Below, piece after piece: positions 1 to 6,334 of a DNA stretch of 11,613 nucleotides. Origin of the DNA: a plasmid. The stretch is taken from the sequence record CP132321.1. The stretch is one strand, 5' to 3'. The position numbers and the translations under genes were made by a program. The notes under the pieces were generated by a model, which ran no database searches, was not told where the DNA came from, and saw only the letters and a list, made by a program, of their open reading frames with translations. Positions within the stretch are counted from its first letter, which is position 1. Each line of letters opens with the position of its first letter.

Positions 1-29
1 TTCGGAACTGCCGTGCTCATTTCGCGCAT
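1..29 (-). CDS. Possible 5' end of a further minus-strand gene that runs off the left edge (reads M-R-E-M-S-T-A-V-P...). Too short to assess.
   Basis: An ATG lies at 27-29 (minus strand), with a second in-frame ATG at 18-20. A GAGAGG-like purine stretch sits about 10 nt upstream on the minus strand. It would begin 44 bp downstream of the relaxase stop, so it could extend the mobC-relaxase operon. Only 9 codons are visible. Confidence 0.2.
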
Positions 30-73
30 TTTGAGCTGACCTCTCATAGCAGAGGCATCATCTCCGGCGTGCG

Positions 74-1411
74 TTATCGCGGCTCTAGGCCCCGATATCG
101 GCCAAGGCTTTTCCCCCGATGACGCTCGACGCTCTGCACCGCCGTCCGCGCCTTCTGGAAGGCCGTGCGGCGTTCGGCGTTGTGTCGGGCCCATTGCTGG
201 CGCAACGCCTCCCGCGCCTCGTCCTGGCGCTTCCGGAGGTCAGCGCATTCGCGCATGAAGCGGTGCCGGGCCTGCACCATGGCGCCGGAATGATCGTCAC
301 GGATCTGATCAACCTGCGCCGAGATTTTCTCGCGGATCTGCAGGCCGATTTTCGCGCGCTCGCGATCGTGCTGTTTCAACACGACCGCACGGCGCTCCTC
401 GGCCGATAGAGCTGCGACAATGCCGCCGACGAGATCACCTGCCTGGGCTCGATCACGCACCACGGCGGCCGCATGCCAGAGGCGGCCGAAGGGGGATTGT
501 TCATCGCGGCGGAAATCTTCCAGCTCGGAACGATGCCGCATGAACAAAGCGCCCCAGATCGGCTTGTGCTCCTCCTTGATGCGCTCGATCGTGCGTGGGA
601 TCGTCCGATCCTTCTCCTGGGCCATGGCGCGTTTTTCGTCGGCATAGGCGACTTTCAGGATGGCCCATTCCTGCTTGTGCCGATCGGTCATCTGCCGACC
701 TTCGACGGTGAGAGCGGCGGCGGTTTGCTCCTGGCGCTCTTTCAGCCACGCAAACCGATCGTCCTGCCCTTCCTTCTTGTCGCGCTCGTATGCGGGGCGC
801 GACTTCCGGCGAGCGTCTACCTGCTCGCCCTGCGCCCGCTTGTTGGCATTCGCCAACCGGCCCTCGGTCACCTCGAGGCCGTTCTCGCGCTCGAACCGTG
901 CCGCCCAGGTCTGCAATTTGCGCTGCGAATTGGAGAGCGGCGACGGTAAGCCGTCCTGCTGCTTCGACGCGGCCGACATCCCGTTCTCGGGATTGATGAG
1001 GTTCACCATCACATGCACGTGCTGGTGCTCCGTGTCGGAATGTTTGACGGCAAGGGCCTGGTACTCTTCCAGCCCCAGGGCCTTCAACGCGCCCTCGACC
1101 GATCGCCGCTCGATGTCCTCGGTCAGGGCATCGGACTGCGGGAACGTCAAGGCAAAGTGATAGACGGTGTTCGTCGCGGGCTTGCCCTTCTTGATGCCCG
1201 CGGCCTCCTTGAGATCACCCGCGCTCAAAGCCGTCGCGGCCATCAATCGCCAAGCCGTATCGCCGCTCGCGCCGTCCAGGTTGAACGACTGCACCCATCC
1301 GACGCGCTCGGATGTCGTGCGGGATAGTTCGCCCTCCTGGCGGGCGTCATGCAGCAGATACCGGGCGAGGCCCTTGAAGGATTTACCCTGCCCGATTTCG
1401 ATCGGGTTCAT
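74..1411 (-). CDS. Conjugative/mobilization relaxase, MobA/VirD2-like (Pfam Relaxase PF03432 type). N-terminal nickase domain, then a charged, probably alpha-helical C-terminal half.
   Basis: The N-terminus reads MNPIEIGQGKSFKGLARYLLHD, typical of this relaxase family. The three-histidine metal-binding motif is present as HSDTEHQHVHVMVNLINPENG. The ATG at 1411 fits the family N-terminus. The ORF track shows the frame open to a TTG at 1426 (MPGLPM...), which is an alternative start. The 5' end overlaps mobC (29-44 nt), which suggests translational coupling. Confidence 0.85.
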   Translation of the reverse strand: MNPIEIGQGKSFKGLARYLLHDARQEGELSRTTSERVGWVQSFNLDGASGDTAWRLMAATALSAGDLKEAAGIKKGKPATNTVYHFALTFPQSDALTEDIERRSVEGALKALGLEEYQALAVKHSDTEHQHVHVMVNLINPENGMSAASKQQDGLPSPLSNSQRKLQTWAARFERENGLEVTEGRLANANKRAQGEQVDARRKSRPAYERDKKEGQDDRFAWLKERQEQTAAALTVEGRQMTDRHKQEWAILKVAYADEKRAMAQEKDRTIPRTIERIKEEHKPIWGALFMRHRSELEDFRRDEQSPFGRLWHAAAVVRDRAQAGDLVGGIVAALSAEERRAVVLKQHDRERAKIGLQIREKISAQVDQIRDDHSGAMVQARHRFMRECADLRKRQDEAREALRQQWARHNAERRTAFQKARTAVQSVERHRGKSLGRYRGLEPR

Positions 1412-1736
1412 GGGTAAGCCTGGCAATGTGGGTGCGGATGTCCTCGATCAGCGAGGGCAATTCGTAGCTGTCCGATCGGCCCGCGTTCAGGCGGCGTGTG
1501 ATCTGGTTGAGGTTCACACCGAGACGCAGAAGCGCGGTCGCCAACGCCGATCGGGCGCGGTTGTCGATCGCCGCCGCCGGCATGGCGCGGCCGAGAGACT
1601 GCCGGCGCATGAACTCCGAAATCGACAAGCCACACGCCGCCGCCCGCTCTTCGAGCTGAGCGCGTTCGATCGCGGTCAGCATGACGGCGGTTCGAACGTC
1701 GCGTTTGCGCTCTGGCGATTTCCGAGGTGCGCCCAT
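1383..1736 (-). CDS. mobC: MobC-family relaxosome accessory protein (bacterial mobilisation protein MobC).
   Basis: The protein is 117 aa. The segment VMLTAIERAQLEERAAACGLSISEFMRRQSL and the following LxxLGxNLNQIxRxLN helix match the MobC family signature. It lies immediately upstream of the relaxase gene, co-oriented with it and overlapping it. The candidate oriT is just upstream. Confidence 0.8.
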   Translation of the reverse strand: MGAPRKSPERKRDVRTAVMLTAIERAQLEERAAACGLSISEFMRRQSLGRAMPAAAIDNRARSALATALLRLGVNLNQITRRLNAGRSDSYELPSLIEDIRTHIARLTHEPDRNRAG

Positions 1737-1870
1737 CGCGCCGATGGCCCTTTCTTGGGGGTTTTCAGGGGGGCCTAGTCCCCGCCTGAACCAGAGTATT
1801 TATGTTAATAAATACACATCTGGCTATCCCTCTACAAGAGTGACATAGCTACCACTAAAATGTCGTTAAC
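1737..1870. other. Candidate origin of transfer (oriT) and mobC promoter region. It contains an AT-rich perfect inverted repeat, GTATTTAT-gtta-ATAAATAC (1796-1815), followed 8 nt later by GGCTATCCCT|CTAC as a candidate nic region.
   Basis: This is the only strongly AT-rich stretch (1790-1870) in the first 5 kb. It sits directly upstream of the mobC-relaxase operon, the canonical oriT position. The layout of IR, short spacer and a YCCCT-ending core resembles RSF1010/R1162-type oriT (TAAGTGCGCCCT). A second imperfect GGGG...CCCC hairpin lies at 1768-1783. Confidence 0.45.
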
Positions 1871-2060
1871 CTGTTTGGGGCGCTGTGGTTTCTGCTGCCG
1901 ATATCGCGGGCGTTCCAATAGCCGGTGAGCCCGTCAACGCTCGCATGCGCTCGCGTCCTCCGCTCCGCTGCGGCCTATCGGTGACCGCCTCCCCGCCTAT
2001 CGGAAATTGCTGCCGTTGGCCGAACGGGATGCCCCGTCCGTCCTGCCGGCGCACGGGCTT

Positions 2061-2582
2061 CTAGCGGCCGAACAGGCGCGCGAAGAACCCTTTGGCCTGG
2101 GGTGTCTCCATCAGGCGTTTCAGCTCGTCGGCATGGTGGGTTTTTGCCTCGGCCAGGAGCCGGCGCAGCTCGTCGAGCTGTTCGGCGCGGATTTCGAGCT
2201 GGCCGCTCAGCCCCTTTACCTCGGCTTCAAGGCGCTCGACCGCTGCTGCCTTCGGGCGCAACTCCAAAAGCTCGGCATTGGCAAGCGCGAGCTGTTCGGC
2301 CAATGTCTTAACATGGGCCTCTAAGGCATTGATCGCCATGTCTTTCGAAGGTTCGATCGAACCTTCGATCGAAGGGTTCGAAACGTCCTTCGAAGGCTTC
2401 GAAATTGGAGGTTTCGAACCCTTGTCATTTGCGGCTTTCTGGCGATCGACCCAAACCCATATTTTTTGCTCATTGTCCCGCTCACCCCTTAATTTTCCGG
2501 CCTTCCAACGCGACCGAACACTGTTCGGCGCAATGCCTAGAAGCTCTGCGGCGTCTGCTAGTGACATCCTTTCCTCAGCCAT
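2061..2582 (-). CDS. DNA-binding protein with an N-terminal HTH (excisionase/MerR/AlpA-like HTH_17 type), a K/P/S-rich low-complexity linker and a C-terminal coiled coil. Probable regulator or nucleoprotein-forming accessory protein of the transfer module.
   Basis: The N-terminus MSLADAAELLGIAPNSVRSRWKAGKL is a classic HTH. The C-terminal half shows a heptad-like pattern (LAEQLALANAELLELRPKAAAVERLEAEVKGLSGQLEIRAEQLDELRRLLAEA). There is a strong SD (AAGGGGGG) 3-4 nt before the ATG at 2580-2582. The gene is divergent from the T4CP gene. The linker-coding region (2341-2423) is built from the TTCGAA repeats. Confidence 0.75.
   Translation of the reverse strand: MAEERMSLADAAELLGIAPNSVRSRWKAGKLRGERDNEQKIWVWVDRQKAANDKGSKPPISKPSKDVSNPSIEGSIEPSKDMAINALEAHVKTLAEQLALANAELLELRPKAAAVERLEAEVKGLSGQLEIRAEQLDELRRLLAEAKTHHADELKRLMETPQAKGFFARLFGR
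2344..2418. repeat. TTCGAA palindrome array 1, inside the HTH gene. It has 7 sites, including a 14-bp perfect palindrome GGTTCGATCGAACC (2350-2363), CCTTCGATCGAAGG (2362-2375) and CCTTCGAAGG (2387-2396).
   Basis: TTCGAA occurs at 2344, 2377, 2389, 2398 and 2413, and TTCGATCGAA at 2352 and 2364. Centre-to-centre spacing is 10, 12, 11, 12, 9 and 15 bp, close to one helical turn. By chance, about 0.03 TTCGAA sites would be expected in 340 bp at this GC. Confidence 0.9.
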
Positions 2583-2589
2583 ATTCCCC

Positions 2590-2681
2590 CCTTCGAAGTT
2601 TGATTTCGAACCCTTCGATCGAAGCCTTCGAAGCAGGTTTCGAACCCTTCGAAATTACCATGTTTCGAACCCCTTCGAAGG
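2590..2681. repeat. TTCGAA palindrome array 2, in the divergent intergenic/promoter region between the HTH gene and the T4CP gene. It has 8 sites and overlaps the SD and start of the HTH gene.
   Basis: TTCGAA occurs at 2592, 2605, 2627, 2639, 2648, 2664 and 2674, and TTCGATCGAA at 2614-2623. The array ends in CCTTCGAAGG (2672-2681). The unit TTTCGAACCCTT recurs at 2412, 2604 and 2638. Spacings of 13, 11, 11, 12, 9, 16 and 10 bp mirror those of array 1, which suggests duplication of an ancestral array. Confidence 0.9.
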
Positions 2682-2732
2682 TAAATTTCGCCTGCTCGGC
2701 ATTTTATCCCCCGGCACGGCCAGGGGACGGAC

Positions 2733-4376
2733 ATGAACGAGCGCGAAATACACCGCTCGATCGATCAATTCCTGTTCGACGCCTACTCGGCTCTGTGGTC
2801 GATCGCGCTCGCCATAGGGCGGGCGTTCTCCTGGGCATGGGCCGCACTGCCGGGAGATTGGCACCCTGCGCTAAAAGCCCTCGTGCTCGTGCTCGTCGTC
2901 GGTGTGGCGTTACGCCTGCTGCGCTCGTCGATCGCGAGCGTGCGCTTCATCCTGGGCTGGCCGTTCCGGCAAGTTGGAATCCTCATCATGAAATCCCGCT
3001 CGCCATTCGGCCGAGCCGGATGGGCCGGCCTGGGCGACCTTGCCCGCGCCGGCATGACGAAGCGGGGAGGGCTGTTCCTGGGACAATGGCGCAGCGGGGT
3101 GCGAAGCGCTGACCTCTACCGGCCTGGCGAAGGGCACCTTCTGACGATCGGCGGCTCGGGGGCAGGCAAAACGACCTCTGTCGTGATCCCGGCGCTTCTG
3201 GAGGCGCAGGAGGGCTCCTTCATCGTCATCGACCCCAAGGCACAGCTTGCGGCCATGACAGGGCGCCATAGGGCCACCAAGGGCGCGGTGCTCTATGTGA
3301 ACCCGTTCGCTGACGAGCTGGCCGGGCAAACTGGCGTCAAGCTGCCCGATTCCGGTTTCAACCCGCTCTCCGTCCTGACCAAGGGCTACAATCTCAAAGA
3401 CGACGCCGAGAACCTGGCGCGCCTGCTCATGGTCACGAACCGCCAGGACTCCGGCTCCTACTGGAATGATGAGGGGGCAGGGCTCCTAGCCGTTTTCATG
3501 GTCTGGCAGGTGCTTCGAGAGCCCAAGGCAAACCGCACCCTGGCCTTTTTGTGGGGCATGGTGCGCGAGGCTCCCGATGCGATCGAGCAGCGCCTCATGT
3601 GGATGCAGGGCGTCAAGGAAAGCCGCTTCCTGCAAGCCGAGGCGACCAAGCTGCTCGGCCTCATCAAGGTGCCTGCCCAATGGCAGGGCGTAATCTCGAA
3701 GGCGCAGCTCGCCACGCAGCGCTATGCGCCTGATACGCCGCTCGGCGATCACACCGCCCGCGACGGCCTCGATCTGGCTCGCCTGAAAAGCGAGGACATA
3801 ACCGTCTATCTGATGGTGCCGACCGGCCGGGCGAAAGTCGCCTCGCCCTGGCTCAACCTGGTGATGGGCGCGATCGGCGTGGCGATCGGCAAACCCGGGC
3901 CGGCGCGCCCCGTGTTCATGTTGATCGACGAGGCCCCGGCGCTCGGCTATCTGCCCGATCTGCGGAATCATCTGCGCGAGAGCCGCGAGGCCGGGCTTCG
4001 GGCGTGGATATTCAGTCAGACACGCGCCGCCTTGGCCGACGCCGATCTATACGGGGAAACCGGCTTCGCCGACATCATGGCGTTGTGCGAGACGCGCACG
4101 TTCTTCGGCATCGGCGATCGCACTCTGGCAGGCGAGATATCGGCCATGCTTGGCGAAAAGACCGAGATCAACCGCAGCTCGCGCGATGGCGGCGGCGATA
4201 GTTATGCCACCGTCGGCGTGCCGCTCATGCGCCCTGAAGAAATCATCGGAATGAAGAAGGGCCGCCAGTTGATCATGCGCACGGGCATGCAGCCGATCAG
4301 CGCGCAGCTCGTCCCGTACTGGACAAGGGCAAATTGGTCGGCTCTGGTTGATCCTAACCCTTACCGGAAGACGTAA
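2733..4376 (+). CDS. traG: Type IV secretion/conjugation coupling protein (T4CP), VirD4/TraG/TraD family.
   Basis: The protein is 547 aa with two N-terminal TM helices (LKALVLVLVVGVALRLL; FILGWPFRQVGILIM). Walker A is GGSGAGKTT (about 3151-3174). IVIDPKAQL is the conserved DPK motif of TraG/VirD4. A Walker B-like segment is VFMLIDEAPALG. An AGGGGA SD lies 7 nt before the ATG at 2733. Confidence 0.9.
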   Translation: MNEREIHRSIDQFLFDAYSALWSIALAIGRAFSWAWAALPGDWHPALKALVLVLVVGVALRLLRSSIASVRFILGWPFRQVGILIMKSRSPFGRAGWAGLGDLARAGMTKRGGLFLGQWRSGVRSADLYRPGEGHLLTIGGSGAGKTTSVVIPALLEAQEGSFIVIDPKAQLAAMTGRHRATKGAVLYVNPFADELAGQTGVKLPDSGFNPLSVLTKGYNLKDDAENLARLLMVTNRQDSGSYWNDEGAGLLAVFMVWQVLREPKANRTLAFLWGMVREAPDAIEQRLMWMQGVKESRFLQAEATKLLGLIKVPAQWQGVISKAQLATQRYAPDTPLGDHTARDGLDLARLKSEDITVYLMVPTGRAKVASPWLNLVMGAIGVAIGKPGPARPVFMLIDEAPALGYLPDLRNHLRESREAGLRAWIFSQTRAALADADLYGETGFADIMALCETRTFFGIGDRTLAGEISAMLGEKTEINRSSRDGGGDSYATVGVPLMRPEEIIGMKKGRQLIMRTGMQPISAQLVPYWTRANWSALVDPNPYRKT

Positions 4377-5024
4377 ATGCTCGGCTCGCTCAAAGAGATT
4401 TTTCCAGTCGAAGCGTTTGCTCCGCTCCTGGGCGGCCTGCTTTTGTGGTTCGGCCTGAACTATATTTTTCTCGCGCCGAACGTGATCGTGCCGCGTCTAT
4501 CAGAGCGGTATTATGCGCCGGCGTGCATCAAATCTGTCGAAGCTGGCCGTGCCGCCTTCGATGAAACCGCCAAAAAAGAAGAGGCTGATTATAACCGCTA
4601 TCTCAACAAGTGGATTGCCGAGCAAACCGCGAATGCCCAGGCGCAGGTCGGCAATATGCTCGGCCAGATATTGGGCGGCAGAGGGATAGAGAGTCAGAGG
4701 TTTTTCGAGACGCACGGCAACGCGCTCACCGATTTCAGCAAGCGCATGGGCGGCCAGGCGATGGGGCCGCTACAGCAAAAAGCGCAGGCGGCCTTCACCG
4801 AGTGGAAGAGCAAGAAGCAAACCGAGATTGCCTCGATGCGGGCGCAGCAGAAATATCGCGATGCGGCCGGGTTCTGCGGCTGCAATATCTCGGCGGCCAT
4901 GTCGAACAACATAGACCTGGCGCTCTACACCTCGACCTTGCGGATGTTCAAACCCAAGGGCGTGATCGATCTCGAAAACGGCCGAGTTTTCGAAGCTGAA
5001 TGCGGAAAGGCTCCGGTCGTCTAA
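4377..5024 (+). CDS. Hypothetical membrane-anchored protein (215 aa) with one N-terminal TM helix, a soluble Q/A/K-rich domain and four Cys. Function unknown; possibly a transfer-associated or exclusion-type protein.
   Basis: Its ATG overlaps the T4CP stop (TAAATG at 4374-4379), indicating translational coupling. The TM segment is PLLGGLLLWFGLNYIFLAPNVIV. GC is somewhat lower than in flanking genes. I recognise no family. Confidence 0.6.
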   Translation: MLGSLKEIFPVEAFAPLLGGLLLWFGLNYIFLAPNVIVPRLSERYYAPACIKSVEAGRAAFDETAKKEEADYNRYLNKWIAEQTANAQAQVGNMLGQILGGRGIESQRFFETHGNALTDFSKRMGGQAMGPLQQKAQAAFTEWKSKKQTEIASMRAQQKYRDAAGFCGCNISAAMSNNIDLALYTSTLRMFKPKGVIDLENGRVFEAECGKAPVV

Positions 5025-5467
5025 TGGTCGCCAAGGTCTATTTCAAAGACGGCTTTCTGGAAGTCACCAGTGAGTTCGTGAAAGCCCGCACGCGCTCGAT
5101 CCAGCTCTCGACCCTGGAAAGCGTCCACCTCAACCGCAGCCTGTTCCTGGGCACGCTCGGCATCTGCGGCGGCATGATCCTGTTCGGATTCACCTTCTTC
5201 GATCTGCTGTATTTCTTCGAGGTCGTGTTCTTGGTCGGCGCCGGCGCGGTACTGCTCTGGCTCTCGTGGAAGGTCGGCACCTTCACGGTGTATTCGAAGC
5301 TGACCGGCGCGAAAGGCTGGTCGGTCACCTGGTGGATGGGGCCACTGCAGGCGATGCGGCAGGCTGTCGAAACAGCACTCGAAGATCAGGCGCGCAAGCG
5401 TCGATCGCGCAAAGGCGGCTCTGTCACGGATAGCGACGACGAGCACGAGGGCGATAGCGACGCATAG
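5024..5467 (+). CDS. Hypothetical small inner-membrane protein (about 147 aa). It has a short N-terminal beta-rich segment, a two-helix TM hairpin and a C-terminal amphipathic region ending in an acidic D/E/S tail. The architecture is reminiscent of bacterial PH-like/2-TM 'DUF' proteins.
   Basis: The ATG at 5024 overlaps the upstream stop (TAATG), giving a start of MVAKVYFKDGFLEV. An alternative in-frame ATG at 5000 (MRKGSGRL...) would overlap by 25 nt. The TM hairpin is LFLGTLGICGGMILFGFTFF / VVFLVGAGAVLLWLSW. The tail reads TDSDDEHEGDSDA. Confidence 0.55.
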   Translation: MVAKVYFKDGFLEVTSEFVKARTRSIQLSTLESVHLNRSLFLGTLGICGGMILFGFTFFDLLYFFEVVFLVGAGAVLLWLSWKVGTFTVYSKLTGAKGWSVTWWMGPLQAMRQAVETALEDQARKRRSRKGGSVTDSDDEHEGDSDA

Positions 5468-5469
5468 GA

Positions 5470-5940
5470 CTAGATTTCTCGGCCCTGGCCTCGATCCTGG
5501 GACTGCGCCTGCTGCTGTCCCTGGCCTTCCATCTTCTGTAGCACCTTCCTGGCGACGGCGTTTCGCTCTTCCTCGACTTCGTTTCCGATCGAGGCCTGTA
5601 GGCGCTTGTTCTCAAGCTCTAGCCATTGCTCGCCCTGGCGCTTGATCTCGTCATATCGATCCTGCGTCAGAGGCGACGATCTTTCGCCAGGCCTGGGCGC
5701 GCTCTCCTCGTTGACCTTCTTCAAAACCCACTGATCGAAGCGCTTGGATGAGGTCTGTTCGATTTCCTCTTCCTGGCGCATCAGGATTATAGATTCAGAT
5801 TGCCGATCGAGGTTATCTCTCGCCTGTTTTCCAGCTTCTCCAAGAGCGTCGAAACGTCGATCGAGCTGCTTGCGCTCGTCGTCTTTTGCATTTTTCGCGA
5901 AATTTCCAGATAATGACTCTGCATTATTATCAGAGGGCAT
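5470..5940 (-). CDS. Hypothetical highly charged E/K/R/Q-rich protein (156 aa), probably all-alpha or coiled coil, with no TM segment.
   Basis: It is the only long ORF in a locally lower-GC stretch (5740-5950). Its codon usage is AT-shifted (AAA/GAA/GAT rich), unlike GC-rich shadow ORFs. It converges on the upstream gene with only 2 bp between stop codons. Its start lies 9 bp from the divergent 95-aa ORF. Confidence 0.45.
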   Translation of the reverse strand: MPSDNNAESLSGNFAKNAKDDERKQLDRRFDALGEAGKQARDNLDRQSESIILMRQEEEIEQTSSKRFDQWVLKKVNEESAPRPGERSSPLTQDRYDEIKRQGEQWLELENKRLQASIGNEVEEERNAVARKVLQKMEGQGQQQAQSQDRGQGREI

Positions 5941-5949
5941 TTAATCACC

Positions 5950-6237
5950 ATGGAAACAGAGAAAACGACAAAGCCTTTCGGCGATTTTATGAAGGATACT
6001 GACGGCGATTATTGCCACGCCGAATTTCTAAAGCTTGCGCAGCAGCTCATTGCAGAGGGCCGCGACCGTGCCCGCGTCGAGCATGCTCTTTTGACGGTCG
6101 GCCGAGCGCTCGCGACCGAGCGAAACGGATACATGATGTGGCTCTTCCACACGCGAGACTATGCGGATTCCTTGCTCACCAAGATTGCGGCCATGGTCGA
6201 AAAAATGGAAGCCGAACAGCGCAACGCGTCGCATTAG
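5950..6237 (+). CDS. Hypothetical small protein (95 aa). Function unknown.
   Basis: It has coding-like GC3 bias, a GAGGG purine stretch about 12 nt upstream of the ATG, and no TM segment. The protein reads METEKTTKPFGDFMKDTDGDYCHAEFLKLAQQLIAEG.... I assign no family. Confidence 0.4.
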   Translation: METEKTTKPFGDFMKDTDGDYCHAEFLKLAQQLIAEGRDRARVEHALLTVGRALATERNGYMMWLFHTRDYADSLLTKIAAMVEKMEAEQRNASH

Positions 6238-6334
6238 GAAGGCCAGGGAAGGGAATAAGCCGGACAGTCACCACGTCCGCCGCTCGAACCAATGGCGCGG
6301 CTCCCGATCGTCGCAGAGGCTCGATCTATCCACC

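Noticed and set aside
119-1778. Plus-strand ORFs (119..409, 473..949, 660..1160, 790..996, 1013..1327, 1167..1778) antisense to the relaxase/mobC genes.
   Set aside because: They are typical high-GC shadow frames: Arg/Ala/Pro/Gly-rich with no recognisable domains. They fully overlap two genes that have strong family signatures (relaxase HxH motif, MobC).
1866-2054. A 62-aa minus-strand ORF between the oriT region and the HTH gene.
   Set aside because: It is low-complexity and G/R/P-rich with no SD. It is more likely non-coding promoter/terminator space.
2341-2681. Could the TTCGAA arrays be a CRISPR array or tRNA-like elements (GGTTCGAA resembles a tRNA T-loop)?
   Set aside because: The units are 6-14 bp with no 25-50-bp repeat/spacer organisation. 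There is no acceptor or anticodon stem context. One array is inside a coding sequence.
2092-2736. A 214-aa plus-strand ORF spanning both TTCGAA arrays (encoding SFEGSIEPSIEGFE... repeats).
   Set aside because: The opposite strand encodes a clear HTH domain preceded by a strong SD, and the plus-strand product is low complexity. It is a consequence of the palindromic repeats being open in both orientations.
2405-3112. A 235-aa plus-strand ORF overlapping the T4CP start; also minus-strand ORFs 2783..3055, 2910..3329 and 3486..3971 inside the T4CP gene.
   Set aside because: The frame carrying the Walker A/DPK/Walker B motifs is unambiguous. The others are GC-rich shadow ORFs.
6321-6331. The DnaA-box-like CTATCCACC between the 95-aa ORF and higA.
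   Set aside because: It has two mismatches to TTATCCACA, occurs as a single copy and has no AT-rich unwinding element nearby, so it is not enough to call an origin.
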